Source: Candidatus Limnocylindrales bacterium
GTDB taxonomy: Bacteria; Chloroflexota; Limnocylindria; Limnocylindrales; CSP1-4
Reading direction: 5' to 3'
Assembly: GCA_038915815.1 (NCBI GenBank)
Contig: JBCLCL010000002.1
Location: 33,521-97,520 of the forward strand
DNA length: 64,000 nt
In this document: in pieces, positions 27,568-36,517 of the stretch
How the letters are laid out: each line of letters starts with the position of its first letter
How positions within the stretch are numbered: the stretch's first letter is position 1
Made by a program: the position numbers and the translations under genes
Notes under the pieces: generated by a model
Databases searched by the model: none
The model's input: only the letters and a program-made list of their open reading frames with translations
What the model was told of the DNA's origin: nothing

Positions 27568-28949
27568 CCGGGGCTCCCGTGATCGCCCCGGCGCCGTCGA
27601 ACGGTGAGGCCTGCGAGGACGAGCAGGACGGCCAGGGCGCCGACGAGCGAGACGAGCGCCAGGGAGGCTCCGTCATCGGAGGGCGGAGCGTCTCCGCCCG
27701 GAGGAGGTGAGGCTCCCGTTGGCTCCGTCGGTCCGGTGCCCTCCGGAGGTGAGCTGGGGGTCATGTCGACGAGCCAGGCGGACGGCACCGGGCCAGGAGG
27801 CGCTGGCTGCGGCCCGTAGCGGGTCGGAACGGCCGCACCCAGGTCCTCCAGCCAGGCGGCACCGAACGCGGAGGTGTCGATGCCGAGCGCCGCGCCGAAC
27901 GCTTCGTCGTCCGAGCGACCTACGGCATACGAGCGGATCAGCGAGACCAGCGAGTCCTGGCCATGGGTCCGGATGAAGTACTCGACAGCCGAGACGCTCT
28001 CGGCATAGGCCAGCGAGAAACGCTCGTAGCTTGTCGGAAACTCGCCGGTCAGGCCGTCGAGCGGGATCAGGGCACCGGAAATGGCCGCGGCTTCGACCGC
28101 CCCTCGATCGGAGGCGTCGTAGCCCTGGCTCAGGTAGACGGCCAGTCCCTCATTGAGCCAGCGCGGCGGGAAATGGTACGGGTTGTCCGCCGCGGTATCC
28201 AGGACGAGATGGGTCAGTTCGTGCGGGATGACGGTGCCGACCCACGGAAGGTCGATGTCGGTCGGCGAGATCAGCGCAAAGAGCGTGCGGATCTCCGCGT
28301 TCGCCTGCCCGCCCACGTTTTCACGGGTACCCGGACCCAGTGCGTCGTAAAAGGCGGCCTGGTCGGCGTAGATGTAGAAGTCGATCGGATCGGATTCGGT
28401 CACCTGCAGGAGGTTCGATACCTCGCGGACGGCATCCTGGCCGATCTTGAGCGCTCGTGCGCCGAAGGCGTCCGACCCCTCGTACCAGTGGACCCGGACC
28501 AGGGCACCGGCCTCGGTGCGCCACTCGAACCGATCGTCGGAGTAGGTGACGCGGACCTCGGGCCCGAGCTCGACAGCGTCCGGGCCGTCGACACCGATCA
28601 CGCGCCAGCGGGCGACCAGCGGCGTATTCGGGGGCAGGTGTCCGTCGACCGCCGGGTCGAACAGGTAGGTCAGGATCCTGGCGCCGGTGCCGGACGGGAC
28701 CGGCTGCGAGATGACCGTCGATCCGTCCGCATCGGCGATGGTCAGCAGCAGCTCGACCCGAGCCAGCGTCCGGTGGATGCTGACCGGCTGACTGAACCGG
28801 ACACCGGTGGTGAATGAGGACTCCCCGACTGGATCGCCGAACTCCGCCAGGCTCGACGCCGCCGCGACGGGCGCGACCGGCGAGAGGCCCAGTGCCACGC
28901 CAGCCAGCGTGACGAGGAGGAGGCCCCGGAGCGCGCGAGAGGGGCTCAC
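27564..28949 (-). CDS. MA-clan zinc metallopeptidase-like protein (peptidase_MA_2 type), signal peptide plus C-terminal TM anchor
   Basis: HELTH (HExxH) is followed by WLNEGLAVY as the third-ligand Glu motif. The N-terminal signal is RALRGLLLVTLAGVALGL. A Pro-rich stalk and the hydrophobic LALVSLVGALAVLLVLAGL precede RRRR. The GTG at 28949 overlaps the SBP stop (GTGA). Confidence 0.75.
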   Translation of the reverse strand: MSPSRALRGLLLVTLAGVALGLSPVAPVAAASSLAEFGDPVGESSFTTGVRFSQPVSIHRTLARVELLLTIADADGSTVISQPVPSGTGARILTYLFDPAVDGHLPPNTPLVARWRVIGVDGPDAVELGPEVRVTYSDDRFEWRTEAGALVRVHWYEGSDAFGARALKIGQDAVREVSNLLQVTESDPIDFYIYADQAAFYDALGPGTRENVGGQANAEIRTLFALISPTDIDLPWVGTVIPHELTHLVLDTAADNPYHFPPRWLNEGLAVYLSQGYDASDRGAVEAAAISGALIPLDGLTGEFPTSYERFSLAYAESVSAVEYFIRTHGQDSLVSLIRSYAVGRSDDEAFGAALGIDTSAFGAAWLEDLGAAVPTRYGPQPAPPGPVPSAWLVDMTPSSPPEGTGPTEPTGASPPPGGDAPPSDDGASLALVSLVGALAVLLVLAGLTVRRRRGDHGSPG

Positions 28950-30499
28950 TCGGTCCACGTCAATCCCGCCATACGGATGACGCCGAGCCCATTCTGAGTC
29001 GCACCCAGCAACCCCGTTCGCGAGAGCGCCCAGCCTGCGGCATATGTCACAGGCACGACCGGGACCTCATCGCGAACGATCCGTTCCGCTCGATCGTAGG
29101 CCGCCGTGACGGCGGCCGGCTCGGTCGCCGACCCCGCTTCGGCGATGGCGGCGTCGAAGCCGGCCGAGTTCCAGCGGCCGTAGTTGCTCAAGGAGCCGGT
29201 ACCCAGCAGGACGCCCAGGAAATCGTTGCGGCCCGGGTAGTCGGCGACCCAGCCGAGCGACCACATCTGCGGAGGAGCTTCAGCCAGGCGGTCGAAATAG
29301 CCGTCGCCCATGGTCTCCCACTGGAGGGTGATCCCGAGCTCGCGTCGGACCTCCGCGACGATCGCCCTGTCGTAGCCACCACCAAAGGTCATCAGCGTGG
29401 TGGTCGGGAACCCGGCTCCGCCCGGGTAGCCGGCCTCGGCCAACTGGCGGCGCGCCTCGTCGGGGTCGTAGATCGGCAGGAAGTCCTCGTCGCTGCGGCC
29501 CGGGATCCCGGGCGGGACCATGGAGTTGGCCACGTCGAGCTCGGAAGTAGCCAGGGTCGCGATCCGCCGCCAGTCCACCGCCTTGCCGACGGCCCGACGA
29601 ACCCGCACGTCGTCGAACGGCGGCCGGGTCGCATCGAAGCCGTAGTACTCGACCGAGAGTGAGCTGACCTCGCGCAGCTGCGGACCGAGCGTCTCGTCGT
29701 AGGCGATCCAGGCAGCATCGATGCTGCCGATCGGAGCATAGTCGAGCTCGTCCGCCTCGAAGGCCGCGACCGCGCTGCGGCCGCCGAGGTCGCCGATCAG
29801 CTCGATCGTCTCGACCGCCGGGGGACCTGCCCAATAGCCGGGGTTGGCGGTCAGGGTCAGAGCCGTCTCCGTCGCGCCACTGAGCACGTAGCCGCCGCTG
29901 GCGACGAAACCTTCGCCCGGCAGCAGGGCGGACGGGTCGTGCCCGAGACCCGGCGGAACCACCGCGAAGGTCGGACCCGCCACGATGTTGGGGAAGTCCG
30001 ACGCGGGCCGGACGAGGTCTACCGCGAGGTCACCAGTTGCGTCGTCGGCGTGGAGCCCGACGGAGGCCGGATCGGGATTCTCGCCCCGCAGGTACGCTCC
30101 CGACCCCTCGATGTCCAGCGCGAGGGAGGCCAACGGCGACGGCTGCGCCGGGTCGATGAGTCGAAACCAGCTCCGCGCGACGTCGGAGGGGCGCAGCGGA
30201 GTGCCATCCGAGAAGACGAGGCCCGGCCGCAGGTGGAACGTGATCCGCCGGCCACCATCGTCGAATCGCCACGAGTCGGCCAGCGCGGGCCGGATCGTCA
30301 GGTCGGCGTCGAACGCCGTGAGCGATTCGAACAGCTGGGCACTGATCGCGGCGCTGCCGGCGTCACCCAGGACTGCCGGGTCGAGCGACGTCGGTGTGCC
30401 CGCCAGGATCCTGACCGGGCGGCTGACGGCCGCACCGCTCGCCGGAGCGCACGATGCGAGGAGCACAAGAACGGCGAGGCTGGCGATCAGGCGACGCAT
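28946..30499 (-). CDS. ABC-transporter substrate-binding lipoprotein, family 5 (peptide/nickel type); no permease or ATPase adjacent
   Basis: The ATG at 30499 gives MRRLIASLAVLVLLASC, a lipobox LASC. The body has SBP_bac_5-like sequence (LDPAV.., FESLTAFD, GYWAGPP, EYYGFD, YPGRNDFL). Confidence 0.82.
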   Translation of the reverse strand: MRRLIASLAVLVLLASCAPASGAAVSRPVRILAGTPTSLDPAVLGDAGSAAISAQLFESLTAFDADLTIRPALADSWRFDDGGRRITFHLRPGLVFSDGTPLRPSDVARSWFRLIDPAQPSPLASLALDIEGSGAYLRGENPDPASVGLHADDATGDLAVDLVRPASDFPNIVAGPTFAVVPPGLGHDPSALLPGEGFVASGGYVLSGATETALTLTANPGYWAGPPAVETIELIGDLGGRSAVAAFEADELDYAPIGSIDAAWIAYDETLGPQLREVSSLSVEYYGFDATRPPFDDVRVRRAVGKAVDWRRIATLATSELDVANSMVPPGIPGRSDEDFLPIYDPDEARRQLAEAGYPGGAGFPTTTLMTFGGGYDRAIVAEVRRELGITLQWETMGDGYFDRLAEAPPQMWSLGWVADYPGRNDFLGVLLGTGSLSNYGRWNSAGFDAAIAEAGSATEPAAVTAAYDRAERIVRDEVPVVPVTYAAGWALSRTGLLGATQNGLGVIRMAGLTWTE

Positions 30500-30715
30500 C
30501 GCGCGGAGTATAGGGGCCGCGTCCTGCGAGTCCTCGGGGCGCACCGGTGGCGAACACGACATGAGGCCTCGCAGCCCACATCGCCGGGGGAACGATGGAC
30601 GGCCCGCGAGGCCTCTGCACCGACAACGACGGCCAGACCGGAACGTTAGGGTCGGATCCCGGCCATATAGCCGTTCGGAGCGCGGTGGGCAGCCCTATTC
30701 GGTTGTTCACGGGGA

Positions 30716-30897
30716 TATCGCCGATACCGTTTGTTTCGGCGTTCGGAAGCCCCCATCGGCGGGCTGATGTCCGGTTGATCCCACCTTGTGGCCCGAATCG
30801 TCACGGAATATCGCCCTGGCCGATGGCGGTGCCGTTAACCGCCATCGGCGATCGACCTGTCGGGTTGGCAATCCTGAACACAACGGTATCGGCGATA
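30716..30897. repeat. ~180-bp element bounded by 22-bp inverted repeats with a central strong hairpin (MITE-like, sRNA-like or paired operators)
   Basis: The left arm at 30716-30737 is TATCGCCGATACCGTTTGTTTC. The right arm at 30876-30897 reverse-complements to TATCGCCGATACCGTTGTGTTC (16 of 16, then 3 of 6). The central hairpin at 30819-30849 is GCCGATGGCGG-(9 nt)-CCGCCATCGGC. Confidence 0.7.
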
Positions 30898-30919
30898 CGC
30901 GCAGGACCAACCCGTCGGG

Positions 30920-30933
30920 CCGGGGCGCCCCGG
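30920..30933 (-). terminator. GC palindrome downstream of the GT2 gene
   Basis: CCGGGGCGCCCCGG is a perfect 14-bp palindrome, 17 nt after the stop at 30950. Confidence 0.3.
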
Positions 30934-30949
30934 GCTGCGGTGGCGCCGC

Positions 30950-31918
30950 TCAACCAGGCCGGATCAACAGGTCTCGGCGCGCCCCGAAACGGTCGATGAT
31001 CCGGTAGAAGTTGCGCTTGCTGAGGCGGTCGCGCTCGGCGTCGGGCAGGCTGGCGTAGCCGCGGTGCTCGTGCCGGACGATCGGAAGACCCTCCAGGCTC
31101 ACGGCGCGTCGCGCGGGCACGTCGGCACCGCTGTCGCGCAGGACCAGGCTCCACCAGATGTCGAGGTTGCGATAGAACGTGAAGCGCTCGTCGAGGGGGC
31201 CCCGCTGGACGTAGTCGCCACGCCGGAAAGCCTGGCAGTAGCCCTCGATCGCATCGACCTCGCCGGCCGGCGCATCCTCGAAATGGCGAAGATCCTTCGA
31301 GACGATCCCCCATCCGCCCGCGATTGCGACCGCCGGATCGTCCAGCGCTCGGACCAACGGCGTCACGATGTCGCCGATCGGCTCGACGCTCGTGTCGAGC
31401 AGGAGCGTGATGGGGGCGCCGGCGCGCCGCAGGCCCGCGTTCGTGGCGGCCCCGTGACCGAGCCGCTCGCGAGTCCAGACGACCTCGATCGGGAGCGCGT
31501 CGGCGGGAGCGGCCTCGAGGGCCTCAAGGGCGGCCGTCTGCTCGGCCGACGGGTCGTCGGCGACGATGACGACCGAGGCGCCCAGCGGGGTCCCGGCCCG
31601 CAGACCAGCGAGCGCGCGCTCCAGGTCGGCAGGCCAGTCCGTGGCGATCACGACGACCGTGGCGAGACCGACCGGCGCCTCGCCCAGCCGCGTTGGGACA
31701 TTCCCGCTGGCGCCATACCGGACCCGTTCACCCTCGGCGAGGTCAGGCGGTACCGCGGGCGAGAGGGCGAAGTCCGTGCCACGGTCGACGACCCTCCAGC
31801 CGGCCGCCTCGATCGCCTGCCGCAGGCGGTCGGCCTCGGGCCAGTCGTGCGCCTCGCGGGCGCGGGCCCGGGCGTGGGCTGTCGAGAGTACGTCCTCGGG
31901 AATGTGCCGGCGCGTCAC
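30950..31918 (-). CDS. glycosyltransferase family 2-like protein with N-terminal CysRS-C-terminal-like domain
   Basis: The core is VVVIATDWP...VVIVADDPS...NAGLRRA...LLLDTSVEP (GT-A fold, DxD-like). N-terminal residues ~15-55 are RARAREAHDWPEADRLRQAIEAAGWRVVDRGTDFAL. This resembles the extreme C-terminal domain of cysteinyl-tRNA synthetases. Confidence 0.7.
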   Translation of the reverse strand: MTRRHIPEDVLSTAHARARAREAHDWPEADRLRQAIEAAGWRVVDRGTDFALSPAVPPDLAEGERVRYGASGNVPTRLGEAPVGLATVVVIATDWPADLERALAGLRAGTPLGASVVIVADDPSAEQTAALEALEAAPADALPIEVVWTRERLGHGAATNAGLRRAGAPITLLLDTSVEPIGDIVTPLVRALDDPAVAIAGGWGIVSKDLRHFEDAPAGEVDAIEGYCQAFRRGDYVQRGPLDERFTFYRNLDIWWSLVLRDSGADVPARRAVSLEGLPIVRHEHRGYASLPDAERDRLSKRNFYRIIDRFGARRDLLIRPG

Positions 31919-31984
31919 CCGGGCAGGATAGCCGCGGTCCCGGCACAGCGCCCGATCATGGTCGCCGGTCAGGGGTCCTGAGGG

Positions 31985-32398
31985 TCAGGCGGTCCTGGAC
32001 GGGACGAGTTCGGCTCCCAGCTGCTCGAACATCGCCAGGTGGTCCGTCTCGTGCCAGTGCTGGACCACGCGGCCATCCACGAACTCGAAGATGTCGATCC
32101 CGGTCAGTTCGTAGGACCGCCCGCTCGCTGGAAACCACGAGAAGTCCCCGGTGTGGCGGCCGCGATAGGTCACCCGGCTGATGACCCGGTGGCCGACCGT
32201 GAACAGCTGATCGACGGTCACGTTGAACCCGTCGAAGTGGTCCCGCCAGCGGGCCGCCCGGATGGCGAACGCGGCGGGTGAGGCTTCATCGTGGTTCTCG
32301 CGATAGGTCGGCGCGTAGAACTCCTCGGCGTACTCCATCCGCCCTTCGGTCCAGAGCTCGCGCCAGTACCGCTGGACCTTTGCCTCGTTCGCCTCCAC
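31985..32398 (-). CDS. SnoaL-like / ester cyclase (NTF2 superfamily) protein
   Basis: 137 aa. VQRYWRELWTEGRMEYAEEFYAPTY...H and GIDIFEFVDGRVVQHW are typical ester-cyclase family patterns. Confidence 0.7.
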   Translation of the reverse strand: MEANEAKVQRYWRELWTEGRMEYAEEFYAPTYRENHDEASPAAFAIRAARWRDHFDGFNVTVDQLFTVGHRVISRVTYRGRHTGDFSWFPASGRSYELTGIDIFEFVDGRVVQHWHETDHLAMFEQLGAELVPSRTA

Positions 32399-32404
32399 GC
32401 TGCC

Positions 32405-34990
32405 CTACCCTCCTGATACGGAGCGCGCCGGCACGCCTTCTCGGGCGCCGAAGCGGGTCGCGAGCTCGGCGCTCGCGCGCGCTCGCAGGGCCGCGAAGAG
32501 CCGCTGGCGTTCCATCGCCTGCACGAGCGAGAGGTGGTGCGACGGGATGTCATGGTCGGCGAAGAACGCCTGCACATCGGCGACCTGATCGGGGGTCGTG
32601 AGCGTTCGCGCGCCCTGCGCGAGGCTGATCACGTTGGAGGCGGCGAAACGGGAGCACAACTCGTCCCAGTGGTCGCGCACGAATCGCCACGCCATCTCGC
32701 CGAGGTCGCGGTTCATCTCCGCCCGCGCCAGCACGAACGGCGCATCCTGTGGGCGGATCGCATCTGACGCCGCCAGTTCCAGAGTGCGCTGCATCAACGC
32801 TGGCTCGCGGAACCGGGCGAGCGCGTACCTGTAGCGCTCCTGCTCCTGCGGGGTCGACGCGTCGTCCATGTGCGCTCGAAACGCGTCGTAGTCGGCCGGC
32901 CCGCCCACGAACGCCACCACGTCCACCACCGCTGCGGCGACTGCGGGCTCCACGGCGGTCCCCGCTCGTGAGCGAGCCTCGGCCACACGTGCCATGGCCT
33001 GCGTCTCGGGGTCGTTGCCGAGCACGGCGAGGGCCCGGATCAGGTCACCTCGCAGCTCCTTGTCCAGGTCGGACTCCGCGTCGCGCGGATCCCAGCCCAG
33101 CCTTTGGAGCGCGGGTCGCACGAGCTCGCGGACCGTCTCGCGGAACCGTTCGCGCGGCTCCCCTTCCAGGAACCGGTCGCACCAGTTCAGGCCGGTGATG
33201 ATCGTCTGCCACACCGCCGGCGCCGTTTCCCCCGCGAACCCCGAGGCAAGGTCGAGGAACGACGAGATCGGCGCCGCGCCCGCCACGACCGCGGCCCAGG
33301 CGTCATCGACCAGGCTCTGCCGCTCAGCAGGCGTCAGATCGAAGGCGGCTCGCTCCACCAGCCGGGCACGCAGCACGTCGTCGTAGAAGGTCCGCACGAA
33401 AGCCACGGACCCGGCATTCGCCACGACCAGCGCATCGGGATGCGCGAGCGGCAGCTCCAACCCGCCCACCTCCACCAGCACATGCTCCACGAGCTCGCCA
33501 TCGGGCAGCACCTGGCGCACGATCAACGGCACCGGCCAGGTCGTCGAGTCGTCGGGCAGTGACGGCGCGAACCGCCGAGCCGTCAGGCGGATCCGGTCGC
33601 CGTCGAGTCGGACCGAGACCGCGGGGTAGCCGGGCTGGAAGATCCAGGCGTCCATGATCCGGCGGACCGGCTGGCCGCTCGCTGCCTCCAGCGCGTCCCA
33701 CAGATCGTGCGTTTCGGTGTTGCCGTAGGCATGGGCAGCGAGGTAGCGCCGGATGCCGTCCCGGAATCGTTCCGGACCAAGCCACTGCTCGAGCATCCGA
33801 AGCACGGCACCGCCCTTCGTGTACGTCAGGACGTCGAACATGCCGGTGGCATCGTCGGGTGACTGGACCGGGAACTCGATGGCTCGCGTGCTGGCCAGGC
33901 TGTCCACCTCGAACGCGGCGACCCGCTGAGCCTGGAACGCGTCGAAGACACGCCACGACGGCTCGAGTGCATCGACACACAGGTAGGACATGAACGTGGC
34001 GAACGCCTCGTTCAACCAGATGCCGTTCCACCAGCGCATGGTGACCAGGTCGCCGAACCACATGTGGGCGAGTTCGTGCGCGATCGTCTCGGCCACGTCG
34101 AGCCGTTCGGAAGGCGCCGCCTGCGATGGATCGAGCAGCAGCAGCGTCTCCCGGTAGGTGACCAACCCGGTGTTCTCCATGGCACCCTGCGAGAAATCCG
34201 GGATCGCCGCCTGATCCAGCTTCTGCTCGGGGTACGGGATATCGAAGTAATCGGCGAGCCAATCGAGGGCGAAGACGCCAACCTTGCTCGCGTAATCGGT
34301 CAGGTGGAGCCGGTCCGGCCGGCACGCGACGCGCATCGGGACGCCCCGGGAGAACGTCGGCGGCGTCAGGGCGAGCCGCCCCACGAGGACGCACACGAGG
34401 TAGGTGGACATCACCATCGACTCGGCGAAGCGCACCCGCGTGAACCCGGGGTCGGCGGCCTCGCGACCGATCTCCGGCGTATTCGCCAGCGCGGTCATCC
34501 CGTCGGGCACGACAAGCGTCATCGTGAACGACGCCTTGAGGTCCGGTTCGTCCCAGCACGGGAAGTTCCGTCGAGCGTCGGTGGCCTCGAAGTGGGTCGT
34601 GATCACGATCTGCTCGTCGCCGGCGTCGTCGCGATAGCGGGAGCGATAGATCCCCACCATGTGATCGTTCAACGGCGCCGAGAACGCGAGGCGGAGCGTG
34701 TGGTCGCCGGCTGGAAGCGGCGAACCCGGCGTTAGCGTCGATCGCTCGGCCTCGACGTCCGGGACGATGTTCTGCAGCTCGATGACGGTTCCGTCTGCGG
34801 TGTCGATGGTGCCGGCGAGGATCGTCAGCTCCTTGGCGTTGAGCACGATCTCGCCGACGGCCGCGTGCGCGGTCAGCGCGATGTCGACCGTGCCTTCGAA
34901 GGTCGGCGCGCCCGGATCGAGGCGCAACTCGATGTCGTAGCGCGACGGTGTGACGGTGCGCGGCAGGCGATATGCCGAACCCTGCGTCAT
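32405..34990 (-). CDS. pepN: aminopeptidase N (M1 family)
   Basis: YRLPRTVTPSRYDIEL, GAMENTG, HELAHMWFGDLVT...WLNEAFA and a C-terminal ERAP1-like domain. The ATG at 34990 gives MTQGSAY. Confidence 0.92.
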   Translation of the reverse strand: MTQGSAYRLPRTVTPSRYDIELRLDPGAPTFEGTVDIALTAHAAVGEIVLNAKELTILAGTIDTADGTVIELQNIVPDVEAERSTLTPGSPLPAGDHTLRLAFSAPLNDHMVGIYRSRYRDDAGDEQIVITTHFEATDARRNFPCWDEPDLKASFTMTLVVPDGMTALANTPEIGREAADPGFTRVRFAESMVMSTYLVCVLVGRLALTPPTFSRGVPMRVACRPDRLHLTDYASKVGVFALDWLADYFDIPYPEQKLDQAAIPDFSQGAMENTGLVTYRETLLLLDPSQAAPSERLDVAETIAHELAHMWFGDLVTMRWWNGIWLNEAFATFMSYLCVDALEPSWRVFDAFQAQRVAAFEVDSLASTRAIEFPVQSPDDATGMFDVLTYTKGGAVLRMLEQWLGPERFRDGIRRYLAAHAYGNTETHDLWDALEAASGQPVRRIMDAWIFQPGYPAVSVRLDGDRIRLTARRFAPSLPDDSTTWPVPLIVRQVLPDGELVEHVLVEVGGLELPLAHPDALVVANAGSVAFVRTFYDDVLRARLVERAAFDLTPAERQSLVDDAWAAVVAGAAPISSFLDLASGFAGETAPAVWQTIITGLNWCDRFLEGEPRERFRETVRELVRPALQRLGWDPRDAESDLDKELRGDLIRALAVLGNDPETQAMARVAEARSRAGTAVEPAVAAAVVDVVAFVGGPADYDAFRAHMDDASTPQEQERYRYALARFREPALMQRTLELAASDAIRPQDAPFVLARAEMNRDLGEMAWRFVRDHWDELCSRFAASNVISLAQGARTLTTPDQVADVQAFFADHDIPSHHLSLVQAMERQRLFAALRARASAELATRFGAREGVPARSVSGG

Positions 34991-35242
34991 GCAGGGACCC
35001 ATCCGGTCAGCGGCACAGATGAGCCAGCCGGTTTCGCGAGCGAAGTCTCACTGGACCCTCCCATACCCGTTGAGATCTGCCCACGCCACGGTCGGCTTTG
35101 CCCTGCCCCAGGACGACCGCCTCGCATGGTACGCGACGGCGGGTTCGTCGCGCCGAGGTCCCGGCTCCACTCGGACCGAGTCGGGCGCAATCAGGTTGCT
35201 GTGATCCGAGCCAATCGACGCAGACGACGCATGCGACAGCAG

Positions 35243-35318
35243 TGGCGCCCCCGGACGGACTCGAACCGCCGACGCAGGCCTTAGGACGGCCTCGCTCTGT
35301 CCACTGAGCTACGGGGGC
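35243..35318 (-). tRNA. tRNA-Arg (anticodon CCT), CCA encoded
   Basis: Hand fold: GCCCCCG-TA-GCTC-AGTGGACA-GAGC-G-AGGCC-GTCCTAA-GGCCT-GCGTC-GGCGG-TTCGAGT-CCGTC-CGGGGGC-G-CCA. Confidence 0.9.
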
Positions 35319-35407
35319 GCGGATGCCATCGTACCGCGCCTGTGTCAGGGACTCGGCAAGTAGCCATCCCGGGCCGCCCCGGGCCCCTCGCATACAATCC
35401 GACCGAG

Positions 35408-35686
35408 ATGCGCCTCACTCCCCTCCCCGACCTGATCCTGTACGGCCGGCCCGGCTGCGGGTTGTGCGACGAGACGCGCACGTTCGTCACTGGCCTCCTC
35501 GAGGCGCGTCGGAGCGCCGGCCTGCAGACCCCCATGCTCGTGGAGCGTGACATCGAGACGGATCCGACCTGGGAGCGGGCCTATTTCAGCTCGATCCCGG
35601 TGGTCGAGCTCGGCGATCGCCGCCTGGATCTCGCGATCAGCCCGGCGAAGGTCGGCCGACTCCTCACCGACATCCTCGACGCCTGA
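35408..35686 (+). CDS. glutaredoxin-like protein (DUF836 type)
   Basis: LILYGRPGCGLCDE (CxxC) ...IPVVELGDRRL. The ATG at 35408 is preferred over 35342, which is 24 nt from the tRNA. Confidence 0.7.
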   Translation: MRLTPLPDLILYGRPGCGLCDETRTFVTGLLEARRSAGLQTPMLVERDIETDPTWERAYFSSIPVVELGDRRLDLAISPAKVGRLLTDILDA

Positions 35687-35689
35687 ACG

Positions 35690-36517
35690 ATGGCCGGCAC
35701 CGACCTGACGATCCTGTTGGCCCTGGCGGCGGGCGTGATCAGCTTCCTGTCGCCCTGCGTGCTGCCGCTCGTGCCGGCCTACATCGGCCAGTTGAGCGCG
35801 ATCGCGGTCGCCTCCGCGGCCGACGGTTCACGACCCTCGCGCTGGTCCGCGATGCGCCATGCGTTCGCCTATGTCGCCGGCTTCGGTGCGATCTTCACGC
35901 TCCTCGGCATCACCGCGACGTTCGCGGCCGGCCCGCTGGTCGACTACCTGCCGGCGCTTCGAATCCTTGGCGGGGCGGTTCTGATCGTGCTCGGCCTCAA
36001 CCTGGCCGGCATCCTGCACATCCCGCTGCTCGATCGCAGCTGGCGACCGCTCGACGCCGGCGCCGCCGGATCCCTCGCCAGCGCAACCGGATCGATGAGC
36101 TTCGGCGCCGGTGCGGCCGGACCAGCCGGGCCCGGCATGGGCGATCGACTCGGTGGCCGGATCGTCAGCGCTCGCGGCGGGTGGCTCGCGTCGTTCGGTC
36201 TCGGGGCGATCTTCGCCATCGGCTGGACGCCGTGCATCGGGATCATCCTCGGCGGCATTCTGACCCTGGCGGCCACCTCGACGTCGGCGCTCCAGGGAAC
36301 CATGCTGCTGGTCGCCTACACGATCGGCCTCGGGTTGCCGTTCCTGCTCATCGCCGCGGTCTACGATCGGGCGCCCCGGCTGATGGCGCCGCTGCTTCGC
36401 CACGGTGGCACTGTTGCCCTGATCGGCGGCCTGCTCGTCGCGTTCATCGGTGTGGCCATGATCTTCGACTGGCTCTCGCTCTTCCCGCGCTATTTCAACT
36501 TCAACACGGCCATCTGA
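35690..36517 (+). CDS. ccdA: cytochrome c biogenesis protein CcdA (DsbD-family thiol-disulfide transporter)
   Basis: SFLSPCVLPLVPAYIG and GWTPCIGIILGGIL are the two conserved Cys motifs. There are six TM segments. Confidence 0.88.
   Translation: MAGTDLTILLALAAGVISFLSPCVLPLVPAYIGQLSAIAVASAADGSRPSRWSAMRHAFAYVAGFGAIFTLLGITATFAAGPLVDYLPALRILGGAVLIVLGLNLAGILHIPLLDRSWRPLDAGAAGSLASATGSMSFGAGAAGPAGPGMGDRLGGRIVSARGGWLASFGLGAIFAIGWTPCIGIILGGILTLAATSTSALQGTMLLVAYTIGLGLPFLLIAAVYDRAPRLMAPLLRHGGTVALIGGLLVAFIGVAMIFDWLSLFPRYFNFNTAI

Noticed and set aside
30563-30949. A possible riboswitch in the SBP leader. I considered cobalamin on the minus strand (GGTGGGATCAACCGG...GCCCGCC) and c-di-AMP/ydaO on the plus strand (ACGGGGA, CCCGAATC).
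   Set aside because: Only short fragments resemble the consensus. No B12 box (AGCCAGGAGACCTGCC-like) is present. The full pseudo-symmetric ydaO core is absent. The plus-strand orientation has no downstream gene. The region is kept as an unassigned structured element instead.
35003-35242. ACAGATGAGCC and GTGATCC strings in the pepN leader, suggesting another copy of the conserved 142-nt element.
   Set aside because: The two motifs are in the wrong order and spacing. None of the other conserved blocks (GGCCGAGTCCTGTCGA, TGATGCGCTCCAGCATCA, CGCTCAGC) is present.
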